NCBI GenBank assembly: GCA_051748045.1
Contig: JBNJGY010000012.1
Coordinates: forward strand, 1 to 44,333
Length of the DNA: 44,333 nt
Reading direction: 5' to 3'
Source: Thermotogota bacterium
Lineage (GTDB): Bacteria; Thermotogota; Thermotogae; Petrotogales; Petrotogaceae
The notes under the pieces are model-generated. The model was not told the DNA's origin. It made no database searches and saw only the letters and a list, made by a program, of their open reading frames with translations. Positions 19,658-29,245 of the stretch are shown one piece after another (position 1 is the first letter of the stretch; each line of letters opens with the position of its first letter). The translations under genes and the position numbers were made by a program.

Positions 19658-20158
19658 TTATTTTAATATTGAATAGTTTAATAACAGGGTGTTATCATTT
19701 AATTTTGATATGTTTTTCATTTTAAATTCAAACTTTTTATTAATTATATAATTGTCAAAAAGAGTTTTATCTCCAGAAAAAATAACAGGTTCTATAGTTA
19801 TGCAAATTTCATCAATCAAACCATCGTTTAACAAAAAACTGTTAATTGTAGGACCTCCTAATAATAAAGTGTTTTCAAAATTATAGGTTTTTATTATTTT
19901 TTTTATCTTTGCTCTTGTATATTTTGTATAGATAACGTTATTAATTATTTCTTCTTTCTCTGTATTAAGAACAATACATTTTTTGGTATTATAAAACTTT
20001 TTATTTAGGTTGAATGTTTCTCTGCTAATAATTATACTATCTGATAATTCAATTTGTTTTTGTAGAAAAATAAAATCTTCTTCTGAATTCCATTTTTTAA
20101 AGCCATTTTGGTTTACAACTCCGTTTAAAGATTGTACCATTAACATTTTTATAAACAT
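19658..20158 (-). CDS. folA: Dihydrofolate reductase (Thermotoga type)
   Basis: WNSEEDF, IISRETF, LLGGPTIN, LIDEICITIEPVIF, LNDNTLLLNYS; co-linear with T. maritima DHFR as recalled. Confidence 0.8.
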   Translation of the reverse strand: MFIKMLMVQSLNGVVNQNGFKKWNSEEDFIFLQKQIELSDSIIISRETFNLNKKFYNTKKCIVLNTEKEEIINNVIYTKYTRAKIKKIIKTYNFENTLLLGGPTINSFLLNDGLIDEICITIEPVIFSGDKTLFDNYIINKKFEFKMKNISKLNDNTLLLNYSILK

Positions 20159-20235
20159 AAAATCCCTCCAATGGTTTTTTTGAAATAAACTCCATGGTAT
20201 AATTTACTTGAAAATATTATACAGGAGGAATGTTA

Positions 20236-21210
20236 ATGAAAAAAATCGCAGTAATTACTACCGGAGGAACTATAGCTATGACTTCGGATCCAGTATTAGG
20301 AGTAATTCCTTCAGACAAAGTTAATAGAAAATTAAATGAAATCCCTGAAATCAATGAAATAGCCGAAACTGAATTAATAGAATTTTCAAATATACCTAGT
20401 CCTCATATAACTCCTGATAAAATGTTAGAACTTTCTAAACTAGTAAAAAGAATAATAAAATCTAATGATTTTGATGGAGTTGTTATAACACATGGTACTG
20501 ATACACTTGAAGAAACAGCTTATTTTTTAGATTTAATGGTTGATAATAAAAAACCTGTTGTAATGACCGCTGCTATGAGAGATTGGAATGAGCCGAGTAC
20601 AGATGGTCCAAGAAATCTCATAGCTTCTATTAGAGTTGCTACAAAACCAGCTTCTATAGAAGAAGGGGTGTTGGTTTGTTTAAACGATGAAATACATGCT
20701 GCAAGAGAAGTGACAAAAACTTACACCTCAAATGTGGCAACATTCGATTCACCTGGATATGGTCCATTAGGTATTGTAGATAATGAGACGGTTATTTTTC
20801 ATAGAAGATCTTTACTAAGAATGCACATAAATTCTGATAATGTTGAAAATAGAGTAGCATTAATAAAAACATATACTGGTGATCAAGGTGAAATAATTAA
20901 AGAACTACCTAAATTAGGATATAAAGGATTAGTTATAGAAGCTTTCGGAAGGGGAAATGTACCAGAAAAAGTTGCAGATGCCTTAGAAGAAGTTGTAAAA
21001 AAAGGATTACCAGTAGTATTAGTATCAAGATGTTATAAAGGTAGAGTACTTGGTGTTTATGGATACAAAGGTGGAGGAGCCGATTTAAAAAATAGAGGGG
21101 TTATTTTAGGCCAAGAAATTTCAGGACCAAAAGCAAGAGTTAAATTAATGGTTGTTCTTGGTAAAACTAATAAAGTCAACACAATTAAATCATATTTTGA
21201 ATCGAAATAA
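20236..21210 (+). CDS. ansA: Cytoplasmic L-asparaginase
   Basis: TTGGTIAM, THGTDTLEET, DGPRNL, AREVTKT. ATG 20236 follows AGGAGG. Confidence 0.93.
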   Translation: MKKIAVITTGGTIAMTSDPVLGVIPSDKVNRKLNEIPEINEIAETELIEFSNIPSPHITPDKMLELSKLVKRIIKSNDFDGVVITHGTDTLEETAYFLDLMVDNKKPVVMTAAMRDWNEPSTDGPRNLIASIRVATKPASIEEGVLVCLNDEIHAAREVTKTYTSNVATFDSPGYGPLGIVDNETVIFHRRSLLRMHINSDNVENRVALIKTYTGDQGEIIKELPKLGYKGLVIEAFGRGNVPEKVADALEEVVKKGLPVVLVSRCYKGRVLGVYGYKGGGADLKNRGVILGQEISGPKARVKLMVVLGKTNKVNTIKSYFESK

Positions 21211-21229
21211 TGAAAGGAGATGATTTTAA

Positions 21230-22627
21230 ATCATCAAAAGAATTATAACTGTATTTTTTCTTCTAATAATAACCATTTCTATCTTTTCATTAAATCTTGA
21301 AGAAATATATACATTATCTTATAGGTCTGAAACCTTAGACCAAAGTTGGTCAGAATTATTAAACTATATTGAAGAAAATGATTATACACAAAAAGTAGCG
21401 GAATATGGAAAAATTATATCTGCTAAAAAAGAATTGTATAATAAATATTCTAATACAAATTTTGTAAATCATATTCTTTCAGAAGACTTTTCTAAATTTT
21501 TAACATCATTATCTGTTTTAAGAAAAGATTTAAAGTTAAACGCAACCGACACTGAAAATATATTAATTATTTTCCCTTTCATAGAAGATGAATTAAACGA
21601 AATATTTGTGAAAGGTTATATGGAAGAAGATTATTATAAGTCTCTTTATAGATTAGAAGGCCTCTCAAAAAAAATCAATATAGCAAATTTTGATGCTTTT
21701 TTAAATAGCTTGGTAAGCCAAGTTATAAAAAACTCTGTTTATTTAGATGGAGAGATGAAAAATTTTATAAATACATTTATACCAAAAAATATTCAAGAAA
21801 ATATAAATAAGATTATTCAAGAAAACCAGATATATTTATCAGAGGGGAATTTTGTCAGTGCTTACAGGCTTTTAAGTTTCATGCAAGAAAATGGAGTAAT
21901 TAATTCTAATAATTTAACTGTTTTGAAAAAATTAGAAAATTATTTTGATTTAAAAAATTACTTAACTGAAATGAATAATAGAGTATATTTTTTAGAAAAA
22001 ACGGATATGAGAAGTTTCTTAAAAGAAATTTATAACAAAGGAAAAGATTTAAGTGATATGTCTTTGGAGAATGATTTATTAAAAGACCTATATTTGTCAG
22101 TTATAAAAACTATGAATAATAGATTAAATTCAATAGACGAAAATATTATCGCTAATATAGATTTGAATTCATTGATGGGTGAGTTTGATGAAGACATTGA
22201 AAATGAGATAATAAAACTAAGTAGTAAAATAGAGATTACTAATGATTCTACAGATATAACTAAAGATTCAACAGAAACTGTTGTCTCTTCACCTACTTTG
22301 AATTCTGATTTGGAAGAAAAAACAGAACAAAGTAGTAAAGATAGAAGTATTTTAATTATTTATCTAGGAATAATAGTAGGAATATTAATTTTTACAATTG
22401 TATATTTTGAGTTTAAACCTTCAATAAAAAAAGTAGAATTATTATGTAAAATTGGATTAGGAAAATATGCATTACATTTATCAGAGAAAATAGTTATGAA
22501 AAAACCTAACGATTATAAAAGTTATTTAGCTATGGCTAAATCTTTTGAGGCTATAGGTGAATACAAATCTTCTATTTCTTCTTACAAAAAAGCAATGAAA
22601 TTAAAAGAAAAAGGGGAGACAAAATGA
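21230..22627 (+). CDS. Exported protein with C-terminal TM helix and cytoplasmic TPR
   Basis: Frame is open from 21230 (IIKRIITVFFLLIITISIFS, signal-peptide-like). TM ILIIYLGIIVGILIFTIVYF; TPR-like PNDYKSYLAMAKSFEAIGEYKSSISSYKKAMKL. Confidence 0.8.
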   Translation: MIKRIITVFFLLIITISIFSLNLEEIYTLSYRSETLDQSWSELLNYIEENDYTQKVAEYGKIISAKKELYNKYSNTNFVNHILSEDFSKFLTSLSVLRKDLKLNATDTENILIIFPFIEDELNEIFVKGYMEEDYYKSLYRLEGLSKKINIANFDAFLNSLVSQVIKNSVYLDGEMKNFINTFIPKNIQENINKIIQENQIYLSEGNFVSAYRLLSFMQENGVINSNNLTVLKKLENYFDLKNYLTEMNNRVYFLEKTDMRSFLKEIYNKGKDLSDMSLENDLLKDLYLSVIKTMNNRLNSIDENIIANIDLNSLMGEFDEDIENEIIKLSSKIEITNDSTDITKDSTETVVSSPTLNSDLEEKTEQSSKDRSILIIYLGIIVGILIFTIVYFEFKPSIKKVELLCKIGLGKYALHLSEKIVMKKPNDYKSYLAMAKSFEAIGEYKSSISSYKKAMKLKEKGETK

Positions 22628-23268
22628 TAATAATATCTTCTTCACAGAGAGAAGTAAAAGTAATTTATTCTGGGGAAAAAGAAATAATTAAAACTATTGT
22701 TGGAAGAAGTTCAGGTTCAAAGATAGTTACAGAGATAAATAATATAATCAAAGGAATAGAAATAGATTTATCAAAAATAAATAAGTTTGGGATAGACATC
22801 GGCCCTGGGTCATTTACTGGGATAAGAATCGGAATAGCTGTAATGCAAGGATTACTTTTTGGAAGAGAAAACTATGAACTAAAAAAATTTTACTCAAGTG
22901 ATGTTTTAAGCTATGATTATAAAGATAAAAAAATAGCAATAATCAATAGAGCAAGAGAAGATGCAGCATATATTACTTTATACGATAAGGGTAAAAGAAT
23001 CAATGATCCAAAGATGGTTTTTGGAGAACAATTAAAAACAGTTTTAAATAATAGAATATTGATAGGTGAACAAAGTGAACATTTTATAAAAAAATATAAT
23101 TTAAAAAATAAAATATTAATTCCTGAGATAAAAATAGATAATTATATTTATGCTTTTAAAAAAGGTCAAAATATTGAACCAAGTAAATTAGAACCTTTAT
23201 ACATACAAAAACCAATAGCTGTTGAAAATTACGAAAAACAAAATAACAAAATTATTGAGGACATATAA
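22624..23268 (+). CDS. tsaB: t6A biosynthesis protein TsaB
   Basis: GPGSFTGIRIG signature and C-terminal LEPLYI. Confidence 0.9.
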   Translation: MIIISSSQREVKVIYSGEKEIIKTIVGRSSGSKIVTEINNIIKGIEIDLSKINKFGIDIGPGSFTGIRIGIAVMQGLLFGRENYELKKFYSSDVLSYDYKDKKIAIINRAREDAAYITLYDKGKRINDPKMVFGEQLKTVLNNRILIGEQSEHFIKKYNLKNKILIPEIKIDNYIYAFKKGQNIEPSKLEPLYIQKPIAVENYEKQNNKIIEDI

Positions 23269-23303
23269 AAAATAAGTTCAAATCTTAGATTTGAACTTAT
23301 TTT
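23269..23303. terminator. Bidirectional terminator
   Basis: 17-bp inverted repeat aaaataagttcaaatct-t-agatttgaacttatttt between convergent genes. Confidence 0.8.
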
Positions 23304-23830
23304 AATTTTATATACTTATCCATAATTATATGAACATAAAACCCTGATACTAAAGATAAGCTATAAAAAAGTCGTATTTCTAAATTATATTTTATGTTGA
23401 TAAAGAAAATGATTATTCCAATTATTACTCCAGTATGGATTTTATGCCAAGCACCTCTATGTCTTGTTAATGCATTGAAAATAATTCCTAAAAAATATCC
23501 TAAAATAATACCGATATAAATAACTATTAAATTGTAGAGTAGGAAATCATTTATATTAATTAATTCTCTAAAAAGATATTCATATTCAAAAACATAGAAA
23601 ACAGTAAAAATTATAGTTAATATTCTAAAAATTTTATTAATTATAGATAGATCATGATCCACATCAGGTAAATCAGCACCAAATACGAAGAGTAAAAATG
23701 AAAAAATTAACTCGCCATTATTAAATAATGGATAATTACCATTAAATAAATTGTATATAATCGAAAAAACGAAATAGTAAGCTGGAAAAAGAATAACACC
23801 AGACATTATATGATGTTTAAAATTAGGCAT
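23297..23830 (-). CDS. Membrane-bound metal-dependent hydrolase (YdjM-like)
   Basis: MPNFKHH, GADLPDVDH, HRGAWH, HIIMD motifs with TM helices. Confidence 0.85.
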   Translation of the reverse strand: MPNFKHHIMSGVILFPAYYFVFSIIYNLFNGNYPLFNNGELIFSFLLFVFGADLPDVDHDLSIINKIFRILTIIFTVFYVFEYEYLFRELININDFLLYNLIVIYIGIILGYFLGIIFNALTRHRGAWHKIHTGVIIGIIIFFINIKYNLEIRLFYSLSLVSGFYVHIIMDKYIKLK

Positions 23831-23857
23831 TTGCTACTCCTTTCAAAAAATAGAATA

Positions 23858-23885
23858 TAAAAAAGGGGCTTGATTAAGCCCCTTT
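23858..23885 (-). terminator. Terminator after rex
   Basis: aaaggggctt-gatt-aagccccttt with a U-tract on the minus strand. Confidence 0.8.
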
Positions 23886-23888
23886 AAA

Positions 23889-24530
23889 TTAGATGTTATT
23901 TTCAGATGATGCAATTTCAAAAGTCAAAGATTTCATAGAAATAACAAAATCTACATCTTCAACAGAAACATCTTCTGGAGTTGAAATTGAAGTAGGTGTG
24001 AAATTTAAAATTCCTTTAATTCCACAATTGATTAATTTATCAGTGACCTCTTGTGCTGCATTTACTGGGACAGTTAGTATTGCAATTTCAATATGATTCT
24101 CTTTAATATTTTTTTCTATTTCATTTAATCTTTGTATTGTAACCCCTGGAACGATCATTTGTCCAACTTTTTTCTCGTCAACATCAAATGCAGAAATAAT
24201 TTTGAATCCATTTTTTTCCAATCCTGCATAATTTGCTATAGCTGAACCTAAATTACCAGCTCCAACGATAGCAACATTCCAATTTTTCTTCAAACCTAAA
24301 ATTTCCTTTAGTTTAAAAGAAAGTTTGTCTACGTTGTATCCCACTCCACGTTTACCAAATTCTCCAAAGTAAGATAAATCTTTTCTTACTTGAGACGCTT
24401 TTATCCCTAATAGATCTGCCATTTCTTTAGAAGAAGTTTTTTCAAGGCTATTATCTTTCAATTTAGTTAAACATCTATAATAGATAGCAAGTCTTCTAAC
24501 TGTTGGCTTTGGAATTTTTGGAGTCCTCAT
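23889..24530 (-). CDS. rex: Redox-sensing transcriptional repressor Rex
   Basis: IPKPTVRRLAIYYRCL, QVRKDLSYFGEFGKRGVGY, VGAGNLG, GILNFTP. Confidence 0.96.
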   Translation of the reverse strand: MRTPKIPKPTVRRLAIYYRCLTKLKDNSLEKTSSKEMADLLGIKASQVRKDLSYFGEFGKRGVGYNVDKLSFKLKEILGLKKNWNVAIVGAGNLGSAIANYAGLEKNGFKIISAFDVDEKKVGQMIVPGVTIQRLNEIEKNIKENHIEIAILTVPVNAAQEVTDKLINCGIKGILNFTPTSISTPEDVSVEDVDFVISMKSLTFEIASSENNI

Positions 24531-24534
24531 AAAA

Positions 24535-27021
24535 TCACCCCTTTACAACTATATTGACTAATTTTTTTGGAACATAAATTGTTTTTATGATTTCTTTTCC
24601 TTCGATAAATTTCTGTATTTTTTCTTCTTTTAAAGCTCTTTCTTTAACTTCTTCTTTTGAGTAAGAAGAAGGAACTTCGATTTGAGCTCTGAGTTTTCCA
24701 TTAACTTGAATAACAATATTGAGTTCGTCCTTTTTCATAGCTTCTTGATCAAACTCAGGCCATTTAGAATCAACAATTAGATTTTTATTTCCCATTTCAT
24801 GCCATAGTTCTTCTGCTATATGAGGAGCAAAAGGAGATAATAATAACACAAAATTTTCAGATACTTCTCGTAAAAGCATAAGGTTCCAATGTTTTTTGTC
24901 TATAGAATTCAAATAAGAATGTAATTCGTTTGATAGTTCCATCATGGCAGAAATTGCAGTGTTGAATTGGAAATTACCTTCAATATCTTTTGTCATCTTT
25001 TGGATCATTGTATGAAGTTTTCTTCTTAATGATTTCTCTTCCTTTGTTGTTAGTTTAAGAGAACTTTTATCTAAATTGATTTTTTTAATTTTATCTATAA
25101 ATAAGCTATAATTATTCCATAGTTTATTTAAAAACCTATATACCCCTTCAACACCAGACTCATTCCATTCAGCATCTTTTTCAGGTGGCCCTATAAATAA
25201 AACATAAGTTCTTAAGGTATCAGTTCCGTATTTTTTAATAATTTCTTCTGGTGAAACAACATTACCTTTTGACTTTGACATTTTAGCCCCATCTTTATAA
25301 AGCATACCTTGTGTAAATAAATTCTTGAAAGGCTCATCAAAATTAATTAAATTTATATCTTTTAGAAATTTAGTTATAAATCTAGAATATAATAAATGAA
25401 GTATTGCATGCTCAACCCCACCAATATATTGGTCAACAGGTAACCAATCATTGACCTCTTTTGTATCAAAAATTTTATCTTCCATATGTGGATTGATATA
25501 TCTTAAATAATACCAAGAACTATCAACAAAAGTATCCATTGTATCAGTTTCTCTTCTAGCTTGTTCTCCACATTTAGGACATTTAATATTATGGAAGTTT
25601 TCATGGTCTACTAAAGGGCTTTTTCCAGAAGCGTCAAACTTAACATCCTTTGGTAACTCTACCGGCAAATCTTTATCAGGTACAGGGATTGTTCCACATT
25701 TATCGCAATAAATAATAGGAATTGGGGCGCCCCAATATCTTTGCCTAGAAATCAACCAATCTCTTAATTTAAATTGTGTTTTTTTAGTTCCAATATTTTT
25801 TTCTTCTAACCATTTAACAATTTCTTTTAAAGCTTTTCTATTTGGCATACCATTGAACTTATCTGAATTCATCATAATGCCATCTTCAGTGAAAGCATTT
25901 TCTAGTTCTTTTACCTTTTCATCTTTTGGTTTAATAACTCTTTTTATTTCAATATCATATTTTTTAGCAAAATCAAAATCTCTTTCATCATGTGCTGGGA
26001 CAGCCATTATTGCACCAGTTCCGTATTCATATAATATATAATTAGCAACATAGATAGGTATTTTTTGATTATTAACAGGGTTTATAGCATAACTTCCAGT
26101 GAAAACACCTTCTTTTTCAACACCTTCAGCTGTTCTTTTAAATCTATCTTGCATACTTACCTTTTTCAAAAACTTTTGCATTTCTTCATTGTTCTCATTT
26201 GTAGTTAAAGTTTCCACAAGGGGGGATTCAGGAGCAACGGCCATAAAAGTAACTCCAAATAAAGTATCAGGTCTAGTTGTAAAAACAGTTATTTTCTCAT
26301 TTTGACCAATAACTGAAAAATCAACATCTGCACCAACACTTTTACCAATCCAGTTTTTCTGCATAGTCTTAACATTTTCTGGCCAGTTTTCTAATTTATC
26401 AATATCATTTAATAGCTTATCAGCATAATCCGTTATTTTAAAGTACCACTGATTTAACTGTTTTATTTCAACATCTGTATCACATCTTTCACATTTTCCA
26501 TTAACCACTTGTTCATTTGCTAAAACTGTATTACAACTGGGACACCAGTTAACAGGGGCATTCTTTTTATATGCTAATCCCTTTTCGTACATTTTTAAGA
26601 AAATCCATTGAGTCCATTTATAATATTCTTCTGAAGAAGTCATTAATTCTCTACTCCAGTCATAACTTATACCTGTAGATTTTATTTGTCTTCTTATTGT
26701 TTCTATATTTTTCAAAGTCCATGTTTCTGGGTGTATATTTCCCTTTTTTATTGCAGCATTTTCTGCTGGGAGGCCAAATGAATCATATCCAAAAGGATGT
26801 AAAACATTAAACCCTTTCATTTTTTTAAACCTAGCTACTACATCACCAATTGTGTAATTTTTTACATGACCAACATGAATAGTTCCTGATGGATAAGGAA
26901 ACATAATTAAATTATAAAATTTTTCTTTGTCACTATTTTTTTCTGCTTCAAAAACCTTGTTGTCTTCCCAAACACCTTGCCATTTTTTTTCAAAATCTTG
27001 TGGTGTATATTTTTCCTTCAT
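24535..27021 (-). CDS. leuS: Leucine--tRNA ligase
   Basis: [49 protein letters not shown]. Confidence 0.98.
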   Translation of the reverse strand: MKEKYTPQDFEKKWQGVWEDNKVFEAEKNSDKEKFYNLIMFPYPSGTIHVGHVKNYTIGDVVARFKKMKGFNVLHPFGYDSFGLPAENAAIKKGNIHPETWTLKNIETIRRQIKSTGISYDWSRELMTSSEEYYKWTQWIFLKMYEKGLAYKKNAPVNWCPSCNTVLANEQVVNGKCERCDTDVEIKQLNQWYFKITDYADKLLNDIDKLENWPENVKTMQKNWIGKSVGADVDFSVIGQNEKITVFTTRPDTLFGVTFMAVAPESPLVETLTTNENNEEMQKFLKKVSMQDRFKRTAEGVEKEGVFTGSYAINPVNNQKIPIYVANYILYEYGTGAIMAVPAHDERDFDFAKKYDIEIKRVIKPKDEKVKELENAFTEDGIMMNSDKFNGMPNRKALKEIVKWLEEKNIGTKKTQFKLRDWLISRQRYWGAPIPIIYCDKCGTIPVPDKDLPVELPKDVKFDASGKSPLVDHENFHNIKCPKCGEQARRETDTMDTFVDSSWYYLRYINPHMEDKIFDTKEVNDWLPVDQYIGGVEHAILHLLYSRFITKFLKDINLINFDEPFKNLFTQGMLYKDGAKMSKSKGNVVSPEEIIKKYGTDTLRTYVLFIGPPEKDAEWNESGVEGVYRFLNKLWNNYSLFIDKIKKINLDKSSLKLTTKEEKSLRRKLHTMIQKMTKDIEGNFQFNTAISAMMELSNELHSYLNSIDKKHWNLMLLREVSENFVLLLSPFAPHIAEELWHEMGNKNLIVDSKWPEFDQEAMKKDELNIVIQVNGKLRAQIEVPSSYSKEEVKERALKEEKIQKFIEGKEIIKTIYVPKKLVNIVVKG

Positions 27022-27056
27022 TTTAATACCTCCACTGCATATATTTTATATTGTTA

Positions 27057-27084
27057 ATTATACCACAAAAGCACATATTCACAA
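27057..27084 (-). promoter_or_regulatory. Extended -10 promoter for leuS-rex
   Basis: TGgTATAAT (TATAAT at 27062-27057) with TTGTGA 16 nt upstream. Confidence 0.55.
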
Positions 27085-27098
27085 AAGAAAATGATAGT

Positions 27099-27707
27099 TT
27101 AATTACCAGTAATTGTAGGAATATACAAATTCAAATCTTCTGCTAAATTATCTATGCTTCCCTCTGGGTGCCTAAGTAGTCTCGATTGACCTGTTTCATT
27201 AATCAGAAAATAAACTCTAGAAGGGTCACCAGCTTTAAAAGTTCCATTATAAGGAACTTTATGAGTATATTTGGTTTCAATATCAGGTTCTTTAAAAAAG
27301 AAAAATTTATTTTCATTCAAACCAGGAGATATATTTTCTTGAAAAATATACTTATTACTATCTCTAAAAGATACCCAAACTTCTTGATGGCCAGTTACAT
27401 ATAACTGAATATAACCACTATCTGAAGAACCTTGAAAATGTGTTAATATACCATCAAGGTCATCCATTTGATTCTTTAAAAATCTATTAGAGACAATATA
27501 TTTTTCTACTAAACCATTTGGTTCAAAATAAGTATTCATTTTTTCGAGTTGTTTTTCTATAGTATTAACTTTATCATTTAGTTCAGCACTTAATCTATTT
27601 ATTTGTTTTTCACTATTTTTTTTAAAAACAGTCATTCTTATCTCTGTTCCTATTGCTAATATTAAAGCAATTATACTAACAACAATCAATATAATTTTTA
27701 ATCTCAA
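27099..27707 (-). CDS. Membrane-anchored coiled-coil protein with DUF4115 (RodZ C-terminal)-like domain
   Basis: N-terminal TM, heptad region, then IQLYVTGHQEVWVSFRD...IFQENISPG...FKAGDPSRVYFLIN. TTG start with GGAGGTG, overlapping the sigH stop. Confidence 0.65.
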   Translation of the reverse strand: MRLKIILIVVSIIALILAIGTEIRMTVFKKNSEKQINRLSAELNDKVNTIEKQLEKMNTYFEPNGLVEKYIVSNRFLKNQMDDLDGILTHFQGSSDSGYIQLYVTGHQEVWVSFRDSNKYIFQENISPGLNENKFFFFKEPDIETKYTHKVPYNGTFKAGDPSRVYFLINETGQSRLLRHPEGSIDNLAEDLNLYIPTITGN

Positions 27708-28336
27708 AGCGCACCTCCAATAAAAAATTGAATTTTTTCATATAGCTCTTGTTTTTCTGTAAGAACCCTTTTTATTTTTTGAATTGTATTATCAACTTTC
27801 TTCCTTTTAATATTTAAATTTTTTGAAATTTCTTTATAAGTATAGTTTTTAAACCATAAATTTATAATATCTTTTTCATCATCATTCAACTCTTTTACAC
27901 ATTCATTTATAAAATACTGGTTTAATATATCAGGTTCTGTAGTTTCTGGTGCTTCAATATAATATTCTGATGTTTCGTTGAATTCTTCAAAAGTATTTTC
28001 TATACTCATGGCTTCTGTTAGTACTTTATTTTTTTGTCTATTTAAATAAGTTAAGAAAGATTTAATTTCACTTGAAATATTCAAATAGGCGAATGTGGAA
28101 AACTTACTTCCTGAATTGTCTTTATAATTAAAAACTGCTTGCATAAGCCCAACATAACCTATTTGCATAAAATCTTCAAAATCAGCCCAAGCCCCATAAT
28201 ATTTAGCTACAACAGATTTAACCATGGGTTCAAATTTTTCTAAAATCATCCCCATAGCTTCCATGTCTCCAACCTTTGAAAGTTGAACTAATCTATTCAC
28301 ATTAAGTCTTCTCATTATATAGTAATTTCTATTCAT
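27704..28336 (-). CDS. sigH: SigH-like sigma-70 family sigma factor
   Basis: EDFMQIGYVGLMQAV, SKFSTFAYLNI, NRQKNKVL, TYKEIS...KKVDNTIQKIKR. Confidence 0.85.
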   Translation of the reverse strand: MNRNYYIMRRLNVNRLVQLSKVGDMEAMGMILEKFEPMVKSVVAKYYGAWADFEDFMQIGYVGLMQAVFNYKDNSGSKFSTFAYLNISSEIKSFLTYLNRQKNKVLTEAMSIENTFEEFNETSEYYIEAPETTEPDILNQYFINECVKELNDDEKDIINLWFKNYTYKEISKNLNIKRKKVDNTIQKIKRVLTEKQELYEKIQFFIGGAL

Positions 28337-28398
28337 AAGTCTCAATCCCGTCTTAAGATAACGTATAATGATATTTTATCATTAAAACTTAAAAATAT

Positions 28399-28429
28399 AA
28401 AAAACCCCCACAAAAATAGTGGGGGTTTT
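28399..28429 (-). terminator. Terminator of the tRNA operon
   Basis: aaaacccccac-aaaaata-gtgggggtttt immediately after the tRNA-Gly CCA. Confidence 0.85.
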
Positions 28430-28503
28430 GGAGCGAAAGACGGGATTCGAACCCGCGACCCCTTGCTTGGCAAGCAAGTGCTCTACCACTGAGCTACATT
28501 CGC
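28429..28503 (-). tRNA. tRNA-Gly(GCC)
   Basis: GCGAATGTAGCTCAGTGGTAGAGCA-CTTGC-TTGCCAA-GCAAG-GGGTCGCGGGTTCGAATCCCGTCTTTCGCTCCA. Confidence 0.96.
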
Positions 28504-28508
28504 ATGTA

Positions 28509-28585
28509 TGGAGCAGGCGATGAGACTCGAACTCACGACCTCCGCCTTACCAAGGCGGCGCTCTACCGGCTGAAGCTACACCTGC
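28509..28585 (-). tRNA. tRNA-Thr(GGT)
   Basis: GCAGGTGTAGCTTCAGCCGGTAGAGCG-CCGCC-TTGGTAA-GGCGG-AGGTCGTGAGTTCGAGTCTCATCGCCTGCTCCA. Confidence 0.94.
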
Positions 28586-28601
28586 CCAAACACCAAAAAA
28601 T

Positions 28602-28630
28602 ATTATACTATAATTAAATTATTTCGTCAA
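28602..28630 (-). promoter_or_regulatory. Near-consensus sigma70 promoter of tRNA-Thr/Gly
   Basis: TTGACG (28630-28625), 17 nt, TATAAT (28607-28602). Confidence 0.85.
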
Positions 28631-28640
28631 TAGAATAAAA

Positions 28641-29231
28641 TTACAATTTTTCTATAATTTCTATTTCATCATTGTTACCTAAGAATGCAGCATTAGCTTC
28701 ATCTGTATCAACATGAAACTCTAAAGCATATTTATCAGAAACTCTAACCAACACATCTTGGAAAATCAATTTTCTTCCTTCTTTATTAGCTAAAACAGAA
28801 ACTATATCTTTATCTTTTAAGTTGTATTTTTCTGCATCATCAGTATGCATATGAATATGTCTTTTAGCTAAAATAACTCCTTCTTCTAATTTAACTTCTC
28901 CTTTAGGACCAACTAATTTAATTGAAGAACTATCAGCTATATCACCAGAATCTCTTACAGGAGGATTTAAGCCTAATTTAAAAGCATCTGTTCTAGAAAC
29001 TTCAATTTGAGTAGCTTTTCTGGTTGGGCCTAATACTCTGACTCTTTTAATTGTATTTTTTGGTCCTACTAAATCTACAGTTTCTTCAGCAGCATACTGT
29101 CCAGGTTGACCTAAATCTTTTATTGGGTTTAGTTCATATCCTTCACCAAAAAGTTTTTCTAGATCTTCTTGAGATAAATGTAAATGTTTATTGGAAACTC
29201 CAACTTTTATACCAGGTTTTTTCGTAATCAT
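28641..29231 (-). CDS. pduL: PduL-type phosphotransacylase
   Basis: VSNKHLHLS, LGQPGQYAA, VRVLGPTR, RHIHM, EFHVDTDEANA. Confidence 0.93.
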   Translation of the reverse strand: MITKKPGIKVGVSNKHLHLSQEDLEKLFGEGYELNPIKDLGQPGQYAAEETVDLVGPKNTIKRVRVLGPTRKATQIEVSRTDAFKLGLNPPVRDSGDIADSSSIKLVGPKGEVKLEEGVILAKRHIHMHTDDAEKYNLKDKDIVSVLANKEGRKLIFQDVLVRVSDKYALEFHVDTDEANAAFLGNNDEIEIIEKL

Positions 29232-29245
29232 AAAAAACACCTCCG

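Noticed and set aside
27067-27084. Rex operator upstream of leuS-rex
   Set aside because: Only the TTGTGAA half-site is present; the second half (TGCTTTT) does not match TTCACAA.
27022-27098. T-box leader for leuS (and for thrS)
   Set aside because: The intergenic space is too short and no T-box motif or terminator is present.
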